Assembly: GCA_963760555.1 (NCBI GenBank)
Contig: CAVXDJ010000017.1
Span: 90 to 64,089, forward strand
Direction: 5' to 3'
DNA: 64,000 nucleotides
DNA from: an uncultured Actinomycetota bacterium
GTDB taxonomy: Bacteria; Actinomycetota; Actinomycetes; Propionibacteriales; Nocardioidaceae
Part shown: positions 1 through 10,215 of the stretch, one piece after another
Numbering within the stretch: the first letter of the stretch is position 1
Layout of the letters: every line of letters starts with the position of its first letter
Program-made: the position numbers and the translations under genes
The notes under the pieces: generated by a model
What the model was told of the DNA's origin: nothing
The model's input: only the letters and a program-made list of their open reading frames with translations
Databases searched by the model: none

Positions 1-257
1 GACGCGCTTGCTTCCCGCCGCGACCGGACGGGGGGTCCACTCGTGCCACGAGGACGCCGCAGCGTGGCGGTCAGCCGCTCCCGGTGCCCGCGAGGAGCAG
101 CCGGCCGCAGCCCACGCCTCGAGGTCGGCCACGCTGGCGGTGACCGCGACGGCTGCGAGCAGACCCATCGCCCATCGCTCACACCGTAGACCGCGAGGTC
201 GACGACTTCCGGGTGTGCTCCCCTCCGACCAGCTGGTCGGGCCAGGAGCGGCGGCGT

Positions 258-349
258 GCGGTTTCCCAAGGGATCAGGGGGATTGCCCGCACCCCGGCGC
301 AGATCTGCCACGGGGAGCGATCAACCGCACGCATCCCTTGGGAAACCGC
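258..349. repeat. Long hairpin / REP-like inverted repeat (perfect 17-bp arms)
   Basis: GCGGTTTCCCAAGGGAT (258-274) is the exact reverse complement of ATCCCTTGGGAAACCGC (333-349); the interior is partly self-complementary around a GCAGATCTGC palindrome; intergenic. Confidence 0.75.
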
Positions 350-422
350 CCTGCATCCCCGCGGGGCGGCGCCGCGCGTGGGACGGACGCACGGGGGCGT
401 CGGTGTCGCCTAGCCTGGGCGC

Positions 423-1013
423 ATGCGCGTCGGACTGACCGGGGGAGTGGCTTCAGGCAAGAGCGCGGTCTCGGCCGTGCTCGAGGAGCTCGGGGCGGTG
501 ATCGTCGACTCCGACGTGATCGCTCGTGAGGTGGTCGCAGCGGGTACGGCGGGGCTCACCGCCGTGGTCGCGGAGTTCGGTCCGCAGGTGCTCACCGAAC
601 GGGGGGAGCTCGACCGTCCCGCGATGGGCCGTCTCGTCTTCGGCGACGACGACGCACGAGGCCGGCTCGAGGCGATCATCCATCCCCGGGTGCGAGCGCG
701 GGCCGCCCAGGTCGAGGACGCGGCGTCGCCCGATGCGCTGGTCGTCCACGACATCCCGCTGCTCCTCGAGACGGGCCAGGCCGACCGGTTCGAGACGGTG
801 ATCGTCGTCGACGTGCCCGAGGAGGTCCAGGTACGCCGCATGGTCGAGCACCGCGGCTGGGCCCCCGACGACGCCCGGGCCCGCCTCGACGCGCAGGCCT
901 CGCGCGAGGAACGGCTCGCGGTCGCGACCCACGTCGTGGAGAACACCGGGAGCCTCGCCGAGCTGCGCGAGCGGGTCGTGGCCCTGCACGCAGAGCTCAC
1001 CGGTACGCGCTGA
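423..1013 (+). CDS. coaE: Dephospho-CoA kinase
   Basis: MRVGLTGGVASGKS P-loop, D..AREVV, LEAIIHPRV and DIPLL motifs; TAGCCT 6 nt upstream of the ATG. Confidence 0.97.
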   Translation: MRVGLTGGVASGKSAVSAVLEELGAVIVDSDVIAREVVAAGTAGLTAVVAEFGPQVLTERGELDRPAMGRLVFGDDDARGRLEAIIHPRVRARAAQVEDAASPDALVVHDIPLLLETGQADRFETVIVVDVPEEVQVRRMVEHRGWAPDDARARLDAQASREERLAVATHVVENTGSLAELRERVVALHAELTGTR

Positions 1014-1038
1014 CTCCCCGCCGGCTGCCCCGGACGCA

Positions 1039-1085
1039 CGACGACCCCGGAGCCGCCCGGTGGGAGGGCTGGGCCGGGGTCGTCG
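1039..1085. terminator. GC-rich hairpin between convergent coaE and sigma-factor genes
   Basis: CGACGACCCCGG ... CCGGGGTCGTCG inverted repeat. Confidence 0.6.
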
Positions 1086-1103
1086 CGCGGCGTACCTGCT
1101 CGG

Positions 1104-2102
1104 TCAGGCAGCCAGGTCGGGGTCGCCGAGACGGCGCAGCTTCTGCAGTGCCTCGCGCTCGAGCTGGCGGACTCGCTCGGCGGAGATGCCGTGCTTGACG
1201 CCGATGTCGGCCAGCTTGTGCTGACGGCCGTCGACGAGGCCGTAGCGCGAGCGGATGATGTCGGCCGCCCGGTCGTCGAGCTGACCCACGAGGGCGTTGA
1301 GGCGATCACGCGCCTCGGTGTCGAGCACCGTGAGGTCGGGGCCCGGTGCGGTCTCCTGAGCCATCAGGTCACCGAGCGAGGTGTCCCCGTCCTCGTCGAC
1401 CGGCGTGTCCAGGCTGACGTGCTCACGGCCCCAGGAGAGGAGGTCCAGCACCCGGTCGACGTCCATGCCGAGCTCGGTGGCGATCTCCTCGGGGTCCGGG
1501 TCCCGACCGAGCTGACGCTCGAGGGTGCGACGGGCGCCGCCGACCTGGTTGAGCTCCTCGACGACGTGCACCGGCAGCCGGACGACCCGGGCCTGCTGGG
1601 CGATGCCGCGCGTGATGGCCTGACGCACCCACCAGGTCGCGTAGGTGGAGAACTTGTAGCCCTTGGTGTAGTCGAACTTCTCGACGGCTCGGATCAGGCC
1701 GGTGTTGCCCTCCTGGATCAGGTCGAGCATCGGCATCTGGGCCCGACCGTACTTGCGGGCGATCGAGACGACCAGGCGCAGGTTGGCGGTGATGAACGTG
1801 TCCACCGCCCGGTCGCCCTCGTCGACCAGCCACTCGAGCTCCTCGAGGGTGGCAAACATCGGGGCCCCGCCCTTGCGTCGGCCGGTGCGGCCCTCGTTGA
1901 TGAGCGCGCGGGCCATGAGGCCGGCCTCGATCGTCTTCGAGAGCTCGACCTCGGTGGCCGCGTCGAGCAGCGGGGTGCGGGCGATCTCGTCGAGGTAGAG
2001 CCCGACGCTGTCCCGCCCCTCGATCTCGCGCATGCCCGTGCGGACGGGCCGGGTGCTCGTGGGCCGGCCGCTCGCGGGCCGGGTCGTGGTGGTGGTCGCC
2101 AT
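1104..2102 (-). CDS. Group-2 sigma-70 factor (HrdD/SigB-like)
   Basis: DSVGLYLDEIARTPLL (region 1.2), [43 protein letters not shown] (region 2), ISAERVRQLE (region 4.2); ATG at 2102 after an AAGG-type RBS; the longer ORF call overlaps ptrB. Confidence 0.93.
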   Translation of the reverse strand: MATTTTTRPASGRPTSTRPVRTGMREIEGRDSVGLYLDEIARTPLLDAATEVELSKTIEAGLMARALINEGRTGRRKGGAPMFATLEELEWLVDEGDRAVDTFITANLRLVVSIARKYGRAQMPMLDLIQEGNTGLIRAVEKFDYTKGYKFSTYATWWVRQAITRGIAQQARVVRLPVHVVEELNQVGGARRTLERQLGRDPDPEEIATELGMDVDRVLDLLSWGREHVSLDTPVDEDGDTSLGDLMAQETAPGPDLTVLDTEARDRLNALVGQLDDRAADIIRSRYGLVDGRQHKLADIGVKHGISAERVRQLEREALQKLRRLGDPDLAA

Positions 2103-2129
2103 GGGGAACCCCTTCCTTCTGCTCAGTCC

Positions 2130-2156
2130 AACGCTGCGGGGTGGCGACCGATTCCC
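2130..2156 (-). promoter_or_regulatory. SigR/SigH-type ECF promoter upstream of the group-2 sigma gene
   Basis: Minus strand reads GGGAAT-N18-GTTG, matching the actinobacterial SigR/SigH consensus GGAAT-N18-GTT. Confidence 0.75.
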
Positions 2157-2271
2157 GGGTCCGGGAGGCCCTGCCCACGACACTCGTCTTGCCTTCAGGA
2201 GAAGGCCTACATGAGCAAGGACGTCCCGGGACCACCCGAAGTTGCACGAACGGCGGGTTCTCAGAAAGTTC

Positions 2272-4446
2272 TCAGCCCGACGCCCCTGCCGCAGTGACGT
2301 GGGCCACACCGAGCCGGTCGAGGATCCAGGCCAGGCTGAACGCGCGGTCGTGCCAGGCCTGGTACCGCCCGGACACCCCGCCGTGCCCGGCGGCCATCTC
2401 GCAGCGCAGCAGGACGTCGGCGTCGGCCACCTCGCGCAGCCGTGCCACCCACTTAGCAGGCTCGACGTAGAGCACCCGCGTGTCGTTGAGCGAGGTCTCC
2501 GCCAGGATCGCCGGATAGCGCTGGGCCACGACGTTCTCGTAGGGCGCGTAGGCCGCGATGGTGTCGTAGGCCGCGGCGTCACCGGCGGGGTCCCCCCACT
2601 CGTCCCACTCGGTCACGGTCAGCGGCAGGCTCGCGTCGAGCATCGAGGTCAGGACGTCGACGAACGGCACCCCCGCGACCAGGCCGGCGAAGGCCTCGGG
2701 TGCCTGGTTGGCCACCGCGCCGATCAGCAGCCCGCCCGCGGAGGCGCCCTCACCGACGATGCGGTCGGCGGTGCTCCACCCGGTCTCGACCAGGTGGCGC
2801 GCGCAGGCGGCGAAGTCGTCGAAGGTGTGCTGCTTGTGCGCGAGCTTGCCGTCGTCGTACCAGTGCCGGCCCATCTCACCGCCGCCGCGCACGTGGGCGA
2901 TCGCGAACGCCGCTCCCCGGTCGAGCAGCGAGAGCCGGGCGACGGAGAAGCCGGGATCGATCGACATCTCGTAGGCGCCGTAGCCGTAGAGGTGCACCGG
3001 AACGGGGCCGCCCCCGGCGCGTGCGTCACGGCGTACGACCAACGAGATCGGGACCTGGGTGCCGTCCGCGGACGTCGCCCACAGACGGTGCTCCTCGTAG
3101 TCGTCGGGCTCGTAGCCGCCGAGGACCGGCTGCTGACGCAGCAGGGTGAGCTCGCGGGCGGCCAGGTCGTAGTCGTAGACCGAGGAGGGCGTGGCCAGCG
3201 AGGTGTAGCCCAGGCGGATGACCGGCTGGTCGAAGGCGGGGCTGCCGCCCGCGCCGACCGTGTAGAGCTCGCGGTCGAAGGAGATCAGGTAGTCGTCGCT
3301 CACGCCGTGAGACCCGGCGGGCGCCTCGGTGCCGAGCTCGAGGACGCGCAGCTGGGTGAGCCCCGCGCTGCGCTGGTGGACGACGATGGCGCCCGCGAAC
3401 GCGTCGACGTCCTCGAGCCGGGTCGCGGCGTCATGGGGGACCAGCGGCACCCACTCGGCCTCCGGCGTGGGCGCGGGCGGCGCGACGGCCAGCTCGAAGT
3501 CCGGACCGGTGCCGTTGTGGAGCACCAGCAGCGTGTCCTCACCCTGGAGCACGGCGTGCTCGAGGGTGTAGTCGAGACCCTCGCGACGCGGTGCGAAGCA
3601 GACCAGCTCGGGGTCGGGCCGGGCGAAGTCGAGCAGGTGCACCTCCGAGGTGGTCTTCGACCCGGCGCCGACCATCACGAAGCGCTGCGAGCGGGTGCGG
3701 CCGACACCGACGAAGAACCGCTCGTCCTGCTCGTGCCAGACCAGCTCGTCGTCGGCCTGCGTCGTGCCGAGGCGGTGTCGCCAGACCTTGTCCGAGCGCC
3801 AGGAGTCGTCGACGGTGACGTAGAAGAAGGAGCCGCCGTCGGGGGCCCAGGTCACGCCGCCGAGCACACCGTCGAGCTCGTCGGGGAGGTGCTCGCCCGT
3901 GCCGAGGTCGCGCACGCGTACGGCGTACCGCTCGTCACCGACGGTGTCGGTGGCGTAGGCCAGGAGGTTGTCGTCGGGGCTGATCGACGACCCGCCGAGG
4001 GAGAAGAACTCGTGGCCCTCGGCGAGGGCGTCGAGGTCGAGCAGCACCTGCTCGCCGGGCAGGGCCGGCTCGTCCGGGCGGGCGTCCTCGGCCGGGCGCG
4101 GCGGCGCCCACGAGTCCGGGTCCACGACCGGGACGCGGCAGGAGGCGCCGTACTCGCGGCCCTCGAAGGACCGTCCGTAGTACCAGTAGCCGCGGTTGCG
4201 GGTCGGCACCGAGAGGTCGGTCTCTCGCGTGCGGGCCTTGATCTCGCCGAAGATCGACGCACGCAGGTCGGCGAGGTGCTCGGTGCGCGCGGCGGTGTAG
4301 GCGTTCTCGGCGTCGAGGTGGGCGCGGACCTCGGGGGAGTCCTTCTCGCGCAACCAGTCGTAGGCATCGGTGCGCTCGTGGCCGTGACGGGTGTCCGTGA
4401 CGGGGCGACGTGCAGCGAGGGGGGGCTGGGGCGACTGATCGGGCAT
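2272..4446 (-). CDS. ptrB: Oligopeptidase B (S9A prolyl oligopeptidase family)
   Basis: DAYDWLR, YGYGAYE, RGGGEMG, GASAGG nucleophile, DTRV and AGHGG motifs; TAGGTT 7 nt before ATG 4446. Confidence 0.95.
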   Translation of the reverse strand: MPDQSPQPPLAARRPVTDTRHGHERTDAYDWLREKDSPEVRAHLDAENAYTAARTEHLADLRASIFGEIKARTRETDLSVPTRNRGYWYYGRSFEGREYGASCRVPVVDPDSWAPPRPAEDARPDEPALPGEQVLLDLDALAEGHEFFSLGGSSISPDDNLLAYATDTVGDERYAVRVRDLGTGEHLPDELDGVLGGVTWAPDGGSFFYVTVDDSWRSDKVWRHRLGTTQADDELVWHEQDERFFVGVGRTRSQRFVMVGAGSKTTSEVHLLDFARPDPELVCFAPRREGLDYTLEHAVLQGEDTLLVLHNGTGPDFELAVAPPAPTPEAEWVPLVPHDAATRLEDVDAFAGAIVVHQRSAGLTQLRVLELGTEAPAGSHGVSDDYLISFDRELYTVGAGGSPAFDQPVIRLGYTSLATPSSVYDYDLAARELTLLRQQPVLGGYEPDDYEEHRLWATSADGTQVPISLVVRRDARAGGGPVPVHLYGYGAYEMSIDPGFSVARLSLLDRGAAFAIAHVRGGGEMGRHWYDDGKLAHKQHTFDDFAACARHLVETGWSTADRIVGEGASAGGLLIGAVANQAPEAFAGLVAGVPFVDVLTSMLDASLPLTVTEWDEWGDPAGDAAAYDTIAAYAPYENVVAQRYPAILAETSLNDTRVLYVEPAKWVARLREVADADVLLRCEMAAGHGGVSGRYQAWHDRAFSLAWILDRLGVAHVTAAGASG

Positions 4447-4510
4447 GGGACCGAACCTACTGACCGACGGCATCACCCGAGCCCGGTGGGGGAGCAGCCC
4501 GGGCGTTCGT

Positions 4511-5551
4511 TCAGCCCCGGCGCACCAGCTCCAGCGAGGCCTCGACGGCAGCAAAGCCCATCAGCTCGTTGATGGCGATCATCCAGGCGTTCGTCTCGCC
4601 GTTCTGGGTGGCGATCCGGGTGACGCCGGGGTGGCGCTGCTGCAGCGCCCGCAGGTTGGCCGCCTTCACCGCCAGCCCCAGGCTGTGACCACGGTGCTCG
4701 CGATGGACGAAGGTGCCCCACTGCCAGGCGTCGGTGTCGTCGGTGCTGTCGGTTCCGTCGGCGGGGGCGGTGCCCCCGGCCGGGGCGACCAGGGTCGACT
4801 GGGCCGCGACCTCCCCCGACCCGCTCAGCGCGACCGTCTCGAGCAGCTCGCGGCCCATGGCGCGCACCTGGTCGAGGCGCTGCTGGAGGCGCAGCGGCGT
4901 CATCGACTCCTCCTCGAAGTCGACCTCGCCCGTGGGCGCGTCGACGCCGAGCTGGCCGAGCAGGACCCCGAGGCCGGGGGCGATGTCGGGTGGCATCTCG
5001 TCGACGAGCGTGCGCAGCGTGTAGGCCTCGGCGCCCCGGGCCGCCGCCTGCTGCTCCCAGGCGTCCAGGCGTTCCTCCGCGACGGGGACGCCGAGGTGTC
5101 GGACGACCTCGACGTTGGAGTAGGTGAACCCGTGCCGCTCGGCGAAACGGCGGTAACCGTGACCGGCGACCTGGTCGGCGGGGACCTTCGCCTCGGTCAT
5201 CAGCACGGTGCGGTGGTCCGCGACAGCCAGGGCACAGGCATGCTCGAGCAGGAGCGAGCCGACGCCCTGCCGGGCGTGGTCGGGATCGACGACCACCTCG
5301 AGCCAGGCCTTGTCCAGGTTGTCGAGGCAGGTCAGGTACGCCGCCGACCATCCGGCGACGCGGCCGTCGGGCAGGTGCGCGGCGACCAGCTCCATGCGCT
5401 CGCCCTCGTCGGGGGAGCGCATCGCGCCGAGGAACGCGGGCAGGCTCCAGTGCGGCATGCTCTCGCGGCCGAGCCGGGTCGCGGCGGCCTCGACGGCGTA
5501 CAGCTGCGCCATCAGCGTGTCGTCGGCGAGGTCGACGGGGCGGATCTCCAT
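4511..5551 (-). CDS. Tandem-domain GNAT N-acetyltransferase
   Basis: Two acetyl-CoA motifs (VDPDHARQGVG, VHREHRGHSLG) and C-terminal N..MIAINELMGF. Confidence 0.85.
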   Translation of the reverse strand: MEIRPVDLADDTLMAQLYAVEAAATRLGRESMPHWSLPAFLGAMRSPDEGERMELVAAHLPDGRVAGWSAAYLTCLDNLDKAWLEVVVDPDHARQGVGSLLLEHACALAVADHRTVLMTEAKVPADQVAGHGYRRFAERHGFTYSNVEVVRHLGVPVAEERLDAWEQQAAARGAEAYTLRTLVDEMPPDIAPGLGVLLGQLGVDAPTGEVDFEEESMTPLRLQQRLDQVRAMGRELLETVALSGSGEVAAQSTLVAPAGGTAPADGTDSTDDTDAWQWGTFVHREHRGHSLGLAVKAANLRALQQRHPGVTRIATQNGETNAWMIAINELMGFAAVEASLELVRRG

Positions 5552-5583
5552 CCTCCGACGGTACGGGTGTGCGACGGGGCCCG

Positions 5584-6969
5584 CTAGCGGTTATCCACGT
5601 CGACCGTCGCGGGACCGGTCCCAGCATCGGGATCGGGATCGGGATCGGCATCGGGATGGCTCCACCGGTGCAGTGCGGGGTCGTCGGCGGCGAAGCTGCG
5701 CACGGGTCCTGGTGCAGAGGTCGCAGTCTCGAAGCGCACCGTGACGACGTCGCGACCCGAGCCCCAGACCCAGCCGCGGCCGTGGTCGTCGTGCTCGACG
5801 TCGAGCCCAGGCGCCCAGCTGTGGTCACGACGCCCGCGACCGGTGTCGGGCAGCTCGGTCGGCAGGTCCTCGTCCTCCTCCTCGCCCAGACCGCCGAGCT
5901 CACCGAACAGGTCCTCCTGGACCCAGTCGGCCAGGCCCGACACGCCGACGCCGAGCAGGCGTACGCCACCCGAGGTGTCGAGGTCGGCGAGCAGCGAGCG
6001 CGCCGTGCGGGCGATCTGCGGAGCCCGGTCGGTCGGCGAGCCCAGCGTCGCCGAGCGGGAGAGCGTGGTGAAGTCGTGCAGCCGGACCTTGATGCTCACC
6101 GTGCGGCCGGACAGGCCTGCCTCGACGAGGCGGGTCGCGACCTGGCCCGCCTGCCGGGTGAGCAGGCCTTCCATCAGGCGGCGATCGGTCAGGTCGGTCT
6201 CGTAGGTGCCCTCCACCGAGACCGACTTCGCCCCGCGCTGCGCGACCACGGGCCGGTCGTCGCGCGCGCGAGCGAGGTCGAAGAGCGAGGTGCCGTGCGC
6301 CCGGCCGACGTGGCGGACCAGCTCGTCCAGGCCGGTCCGCTCCAGGTCGGCGACGGTGTGGATGCCCGCGCGCCGCAGCCGCTCGGTGGTCGCAGGACCC
6401 ACGCCGGGGATGATGCTGACCCGCATCGGACGCAGCAGAGCGACCTCCGTGCCCGGCTCCACGACGACGAGACCGTCGGGCTTGTCGAGGTCGCTGGCGA
6501 CCTTGGCCACGAACTTGGAGGTCGCCAGCCCGACCGACGCGGTCAGCCCGCCCGTCAGCTCGTTCAGTCGTCCACGCAGCTGCTCGGCGAAGGCGGTCAC
6601 GGTGTCGACCTCGAGGTCGGGCAGGTCGGCCTGCTCGAGGTCGACGAAGGCCTCGTCGAGGGAGAGCGGTTCGACCAGCGGCGACACGCCCGCCAGCAGG
6701 TCCATCACGATCCGGCTCGCCTCACGGTAGGCCGGGAACCGTCCGGCGAGGTACGCCGCGTGGGGGCACCGGGCGCGCGCCTCGCGGGTCGACATCGCGG
6801 AGCGCACCCCGAACACGCGGGCCTCGTAGGAGGCGGTCGCGACGACGCCCCTCCCGCCGGTGCCGCCGACCACGACCGGGCGGCCCCGCAGGGACGGCTT
6901 GTCCCGCTGCTCGACGGCGGCGAAGAACGCGTCGAGATCCAGGTGGAGGATCGAGGCCTGCGCTCGCAC
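5584..6969 (-). CDS. dinB: DNA polymerase IV (Y family)
   Basis: LHLDLDAFFAAVEQ, ASYEARVFGVRSAM, SLDEAF and KVASDLDKPDG motifs; C-terminal extension. Confidence 0.96.
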   Translation of the reverse strand: MRAQASILHLDLDAFFAAVEQRDKPSLRGRPVVVGGTGGRGVVATASYEARVFGVRSAMSTREARARCPHAAYLAGRFPAYREASRIVMDLLAGVSPLVEPLSLDEAFVDLEQADLPDLEVDTVTAFAEQLRGRLNELTGGLTASVGLATSKFVAKVASDLDKPDGLVVVEPGTEVALLRPMRVSIIPGVGPATTERLRRAGIHTVADLERTGLDELVRHVGRAHGTSLFDLARARDDRPVVAQRGAKSVSVEGTYETDLTDRRLMEGLLTRQAGQVATRLVEAGLSGRTVSIKVRLHDFTTLSRSATLGSPTDRAPQIARTARSLLADLDTSGGVRLLGVGVSGLADWVQEDLFGELGGLGEEEDEDLPTELPDTGRGRRDHSWAPGLDVEHDDHGRGWVWGSGRDVVTVRFETATSAPGPVRSFAADDPALHRWSHPDADPDPDPDAGTGPATVDVDNR

Positions 6970-7104
6970 CCGGGCAACCTACGCGGGTCCGCGCCGGGAC
7001 GGCGTACGGGCCACGAGGCGTCCACAGGGCGCGCCCCCGCGACGTCGTCCCCAGCGCGGGACGCGACCCGCACGCCGGTGGTCGACAGCGCCCAGGCTCG
7101 GCGC

Positions 7105-8121
7105 ATGTCGATGCCCTCCCTGAGCCAGCCCCGCACCCTGACCGCCCGCAACCCCGAGGACCTGCTCGCCCTCGTGCCGTTCCTGCTCGGCTTCGTGCCG
7201 TCCCGCTCGCTGGTGATGCTCACCTTCGGTCCGCGTCCCTTCCATGCGCGCATCGACCTTCCCGCGCCGCACGACCGTGCGGCGTTGGAGGACATGGTCG
7301 ACGCCCTCGTCGAGCCCGCTCGGCGCCACGGCGTCGAACGCGTCGTGGCGGTGGTCTACAGCGACGACCCCACCCAGACGCGCCTCGTCGTGCGTGAGCT
7401 CGAACGCGGTCTGGAGGGCGCCGGGGTCCGCCTGCTGGAGTCGCTGCGATCGCACGGCGACCGGTGGTGGCCTGCTCGCGGCCGCCGCCCGGGGGACAGC
7501 CCGGACGGCGTCGTCGTCGATCTGACGACCCACCCGTTCACCGCCGAGGCGGTGCTCGACGGCCGCGTCACGCTGGGCTCGCGGGACGAGCTCGCCCAGT
7601 CCCTGGCGCACGCACCGGACGAGGAGCTGGACGCGATGTTCGAGGCTCACCTCGAGAGTGCGGCCGAGGAGCTCAGCCACCTCGACCTCGACGAACGGGT
7701 CAGCGAGGCCGTCGAGCTCGTCGAGTTCCTCGTCGGGGACGGACGGGCCCCGCGCGAGCCGACCCTGGCCTGGCTGCTGCTGGCGCTGCGCCACCGCGAG
7801 ATCATGACCGCGGTGTGGGAGTGCACCTGCCCGCCGAGCGGGGGTGAGGTGAGCCCGCGGGAGGAGGCGGCGTGGTGGAGCGCGGTGCTGCGACGGACGC
7901 CGGAGCCCTACCGGGCTGCGCCGGCGGCCCTGCTGTCGTGGGCGGCCTGGCGTAGCGGGCACGGCGCCCTGGCCTGGTGCGCGGTCGACGCCGCCCTCGC
8001 CGAGCCCGGGGGCCACGCCCTGGCGCGCGGCGTGGCCGACCTGCTCGAGCGGGCCGTCTCGCCGCACGACCTCGTCGGTCTCGACCCGCTGCAGGTGCAC
8101 GGGGCCCGAGGCGTCGGCTGA
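7105..8121 (+). CDS. DUF4192-family protein
   Basis: LTARNPEDLLALVPFLLGFVPSRSLV N-terminus and AAWRSGHGALAWCAVDAAL C-terminal motif. Confidence 0.8.
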   Translation: MSMPSLSQPRTLTARNPEDLLALVPFLLGFVPSRSLVMLTFGPRPFHARIDLPAPHDRAALEDMVDALVEPARRHGVERVVAVVYSDDPTQTRLVVRELERGLEGAGVRLLESLRSHGDRWWPARGRRPGDSPDGVVVDLTTHPFTAEAVLDGRVTLGSRDELAQSLAHAPDEELDAMFEAHLESAAEELSHLDLDERVSEAVELVEFLVGDGRAPREPTLAWLLLALRHREIMTAVWECTCPPSGGEVSPREEAAWWSAVLRRTPEPYRAAPAALLSWAAWRSGHGALAWCAVDAALAEPGGHALARGVADLLERAVSPHDLVGLDPLQVHGARGVG

Positions 8122-8178
8122 CAGGGCTCGGGTCGCGGGTGAGGACCCCGCCGGGCGGCTCACCACTACGCTCCCGTC

Positions 8179-9651
8179 ATGGGCGCAGAGGTGGACGTTC
8201 AAGAGTTCAGCCGGGCCGATCGCACGCGGCACCGCGAGAAGGTCAGACGCTGCCTGGACGTCTTCGCCCGGATGCTGCGCGACTCGGTCTTCGACACCGA
8301 CGACCCGATGATCGGGCTCGAGGTCGAGCTCAACCTCGTCGACGAGCACAACGACCCCGCCCTGAAGAACGCCGAGGTGCTCGAGGCCATCGCGGACCCC
8401 GACTGGGTCACCGAGCTGGCCCAGTTCAACCTCGAGTTCAACGTGCCGCCGGCACGGCTGCGCGAGCACGGGCTCGGGGCCATCGAGAGCGACCTGCGCG
8501 GTGCTCTGAACCACGGCGAGGAGAAGGCCTCCGAGCTCGGTGCCCACCTCGTGATGATCGGGATCCTGCCGACCCTGGCCGACGATCACATGGGGGCCGA
8601 CTCGATCAGCGTCAACCCGCGCTACCAGCTGCTCAGCGAGCAGATCCTGGCCGCCCGCGGCGAGGACATCGAGATCGAGATCCACGGGCTCGGTCAGGAC
8701 GCCGAGCAGGTGCGCACGACCGCGGGGACGATCATCCCGGAGGCAGCGTGCACGAGCGCGCAGCTGCACGTGCAGACCTCACCCTCGGAGTTCGCGGCGT
8801 ACTGGAACGCCTCGCAGGTGATGGCGGGCGTGCAGCTCGCGATCGGGGCGAACTCGCCGTACCTGCTGGGCAAGCAGCTGTGGCGCGAGACCCGCATCCC
8901 CCTGTTCGAGCAGGCCACGGACACCCGGGGTGAGGAGCTGAAGACCCAGGGGGTCCGTCCGCGGGTGTGGTTCGGCGAGCGGTGGGTGACGTCGGTCTTC
9001 GACCTCTTCGAGGAGAACGTGCGCTACTTCCCGGCGCTGCTGCCGATCAGCGACGACGAGGATCCTGTCGCCGTGCTCGAGGGCGGTGGGACCCCGAACC
9101 TCTCGGAGCTGCGTCTGCACAACGGCACGGTCTACCGCTGGAACCGGCCGGTCTACGACATCGCCGGCGGCGTCCCGCACCTGCGGGTCGAGAACCGGGT
9201 GCTCTCTGCCGGGCCGACGGTGCTCGACACGATGGCCAACGCGGCCTTCTACTTCGGGCTCGTGCGGTCGCTGGCCGAGAGTCAGCGGCCCTTGTGGTCG
9301 GCGATGTCCTTCGACGCCGCGGAGGAGAACTTCCACGTCGCCGCACAGCACGGCATCGAGACCCAGGTCTACTGGCCCGGTGTCGGCCAGGTGCCCGCCA
9401 CCGAGCTGGTCCTGCGCCGGCTGCTGCCGATGGCCCAGCAGGGACTGGAGGACTGGGGGGTCACGGGCCCCGACGTCGACCGGTTCCTCGGGGTCATCGA
9501 GGGCCGCTGCCGCACCCAGTCCAACGGCGCCGAGTGGTTCGTACGACGGATGGAGGAGCGCTCGACCGACGACCGGTTCGATGCGCTGCGCGCGGTGACG
9601 GGGGAGTACCGCGAGCGGATGCACGCCAACGAACCTGTCCACACCTGGTGA
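8179..9651 (+). CDS. Glutamate--cysteine ligase family protein (GCS2)
   Basis: IGLEVELNLVD, ELAQFNLEFN, EAACTSAQLH, ANSPYLLG, HNGTVYRWNRPVY and LRVENRV motifs. Confidence 0.9.
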   Translation: MGAEVDVQEFSRADRTRHREKVRRCLDVFARMLRDSVFDTDDPMIGLEVELNLVDEHNDPALKNAEVLEAIADPDWVTELAQFNLEFNVPPARLREHGLGAIESDLRGALNHGEEKASELGAHLVMIGILPTLADDHMGADSISVNPRYQLLSEQILAARGEDIEIEIHGLGQDAEQVRTTAGTIIPEAACTSAQLHVQTSPSEFAAYWNASQVMAGVQLAIGANSPYLLGKQLWRETRIPLFEQATDTRGEELKTQGVRPRVWFGERWVTSVFDLFEENVRYFPALLPISDDEDPVAVLEGGGTPNLSELRLHNGTVYRWNRPVYDIAGGVPHLRVENRVLSAGPTVLDTMANAAFYFGLVRSLAESQRPLWSAMSFDAAEENFHVAAQHGIETQVYWPGVGQVPATELVLRRLLPMAQQGLEDWGVTGPDVDRFLGVIEGRCRTQSNGAEWFVRRMEERSTDDRFDALRAVTGEYRERMHANEPVHTW

Positions 9652-9662
9652 CCGGCGACGCC

Positions 9663-10127
9663 TCAGCGACGCGCGCGCAGCCGTCGCCAGGTCCGTCCCA
9701 CACCACTACGAGGATCTCGCCACGCCCGTCGGTTGACCAGCACGAAGCGCAGTGGGCGGTCGAGCTCGCCGGCCGCGGCGCAGACCGCGGAGAGCCAGTG
9801 CGCGTCGACGTCCTGCAGGTCGAGGTCGCCGGTCCGGGTCAACCAGAGCAGCGGCGTCTCGTCGGGCGTGCCGGGTCCGTCCGGGTCCTCGGGGTCCGGG
9901 AGTGCGCCGACGCGGCGCAGCATGGCCAGCACGACCTCGACGCGCAGCGGGTGGTCGGTGGGATCGGCGCCGCCGGCCGGGAAGGCCGTCTCGGTCGCGC
10001 CGGGGACCCCCGCGTGCATCAGCGGCGGGTGCTTGCGACGAACCTCGGAGCGCACGTGCCAGAGCACCGCCGAGCGCAGCAGCTGCGCCAGACCCCTGTC
10101 GACAGGCTCCTCGATGCGTCCGGGCAC
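9663..10127 (-). CDS. Conserved hypothetical protein
   Basis: Coding-like ORF (LRSAVLWH..RRKHPP, DHPLRVEVV, WLTRTGDLDLQDVDAHW, WRDPRSG); start estimated at GTG 10127. Confidence 0.65.
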   Translation of the reverse strand: MPGRIEEPVDRGLAQLLRSAVLWHVRSEVRRKHPPLMHAGVPGATETAFPAGGADPTDHPLRVEVVLAMLRRVGALPDPEDPDGPGTPDETPLLWLTRTGDLDLQDVDAHWLSAVCAAAGELDRPLRFVLVNRRAWRDPRSGVGRTWRRLRARR

Positions 10128-10215
10128 CGCGCCACCCTGCCCGACCGGACCCCCCACGGGGGTCGACCGTCCACAGGGTGCTCGTCGCTGGCGTGACGTC
10201 GGTAACGTGCGCACC

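Noticed and set aside
1-200. Possible partial minus-strand gene at the left edge
   Set aside because: No recognisable motif or convincing start; cannot be supported from this window
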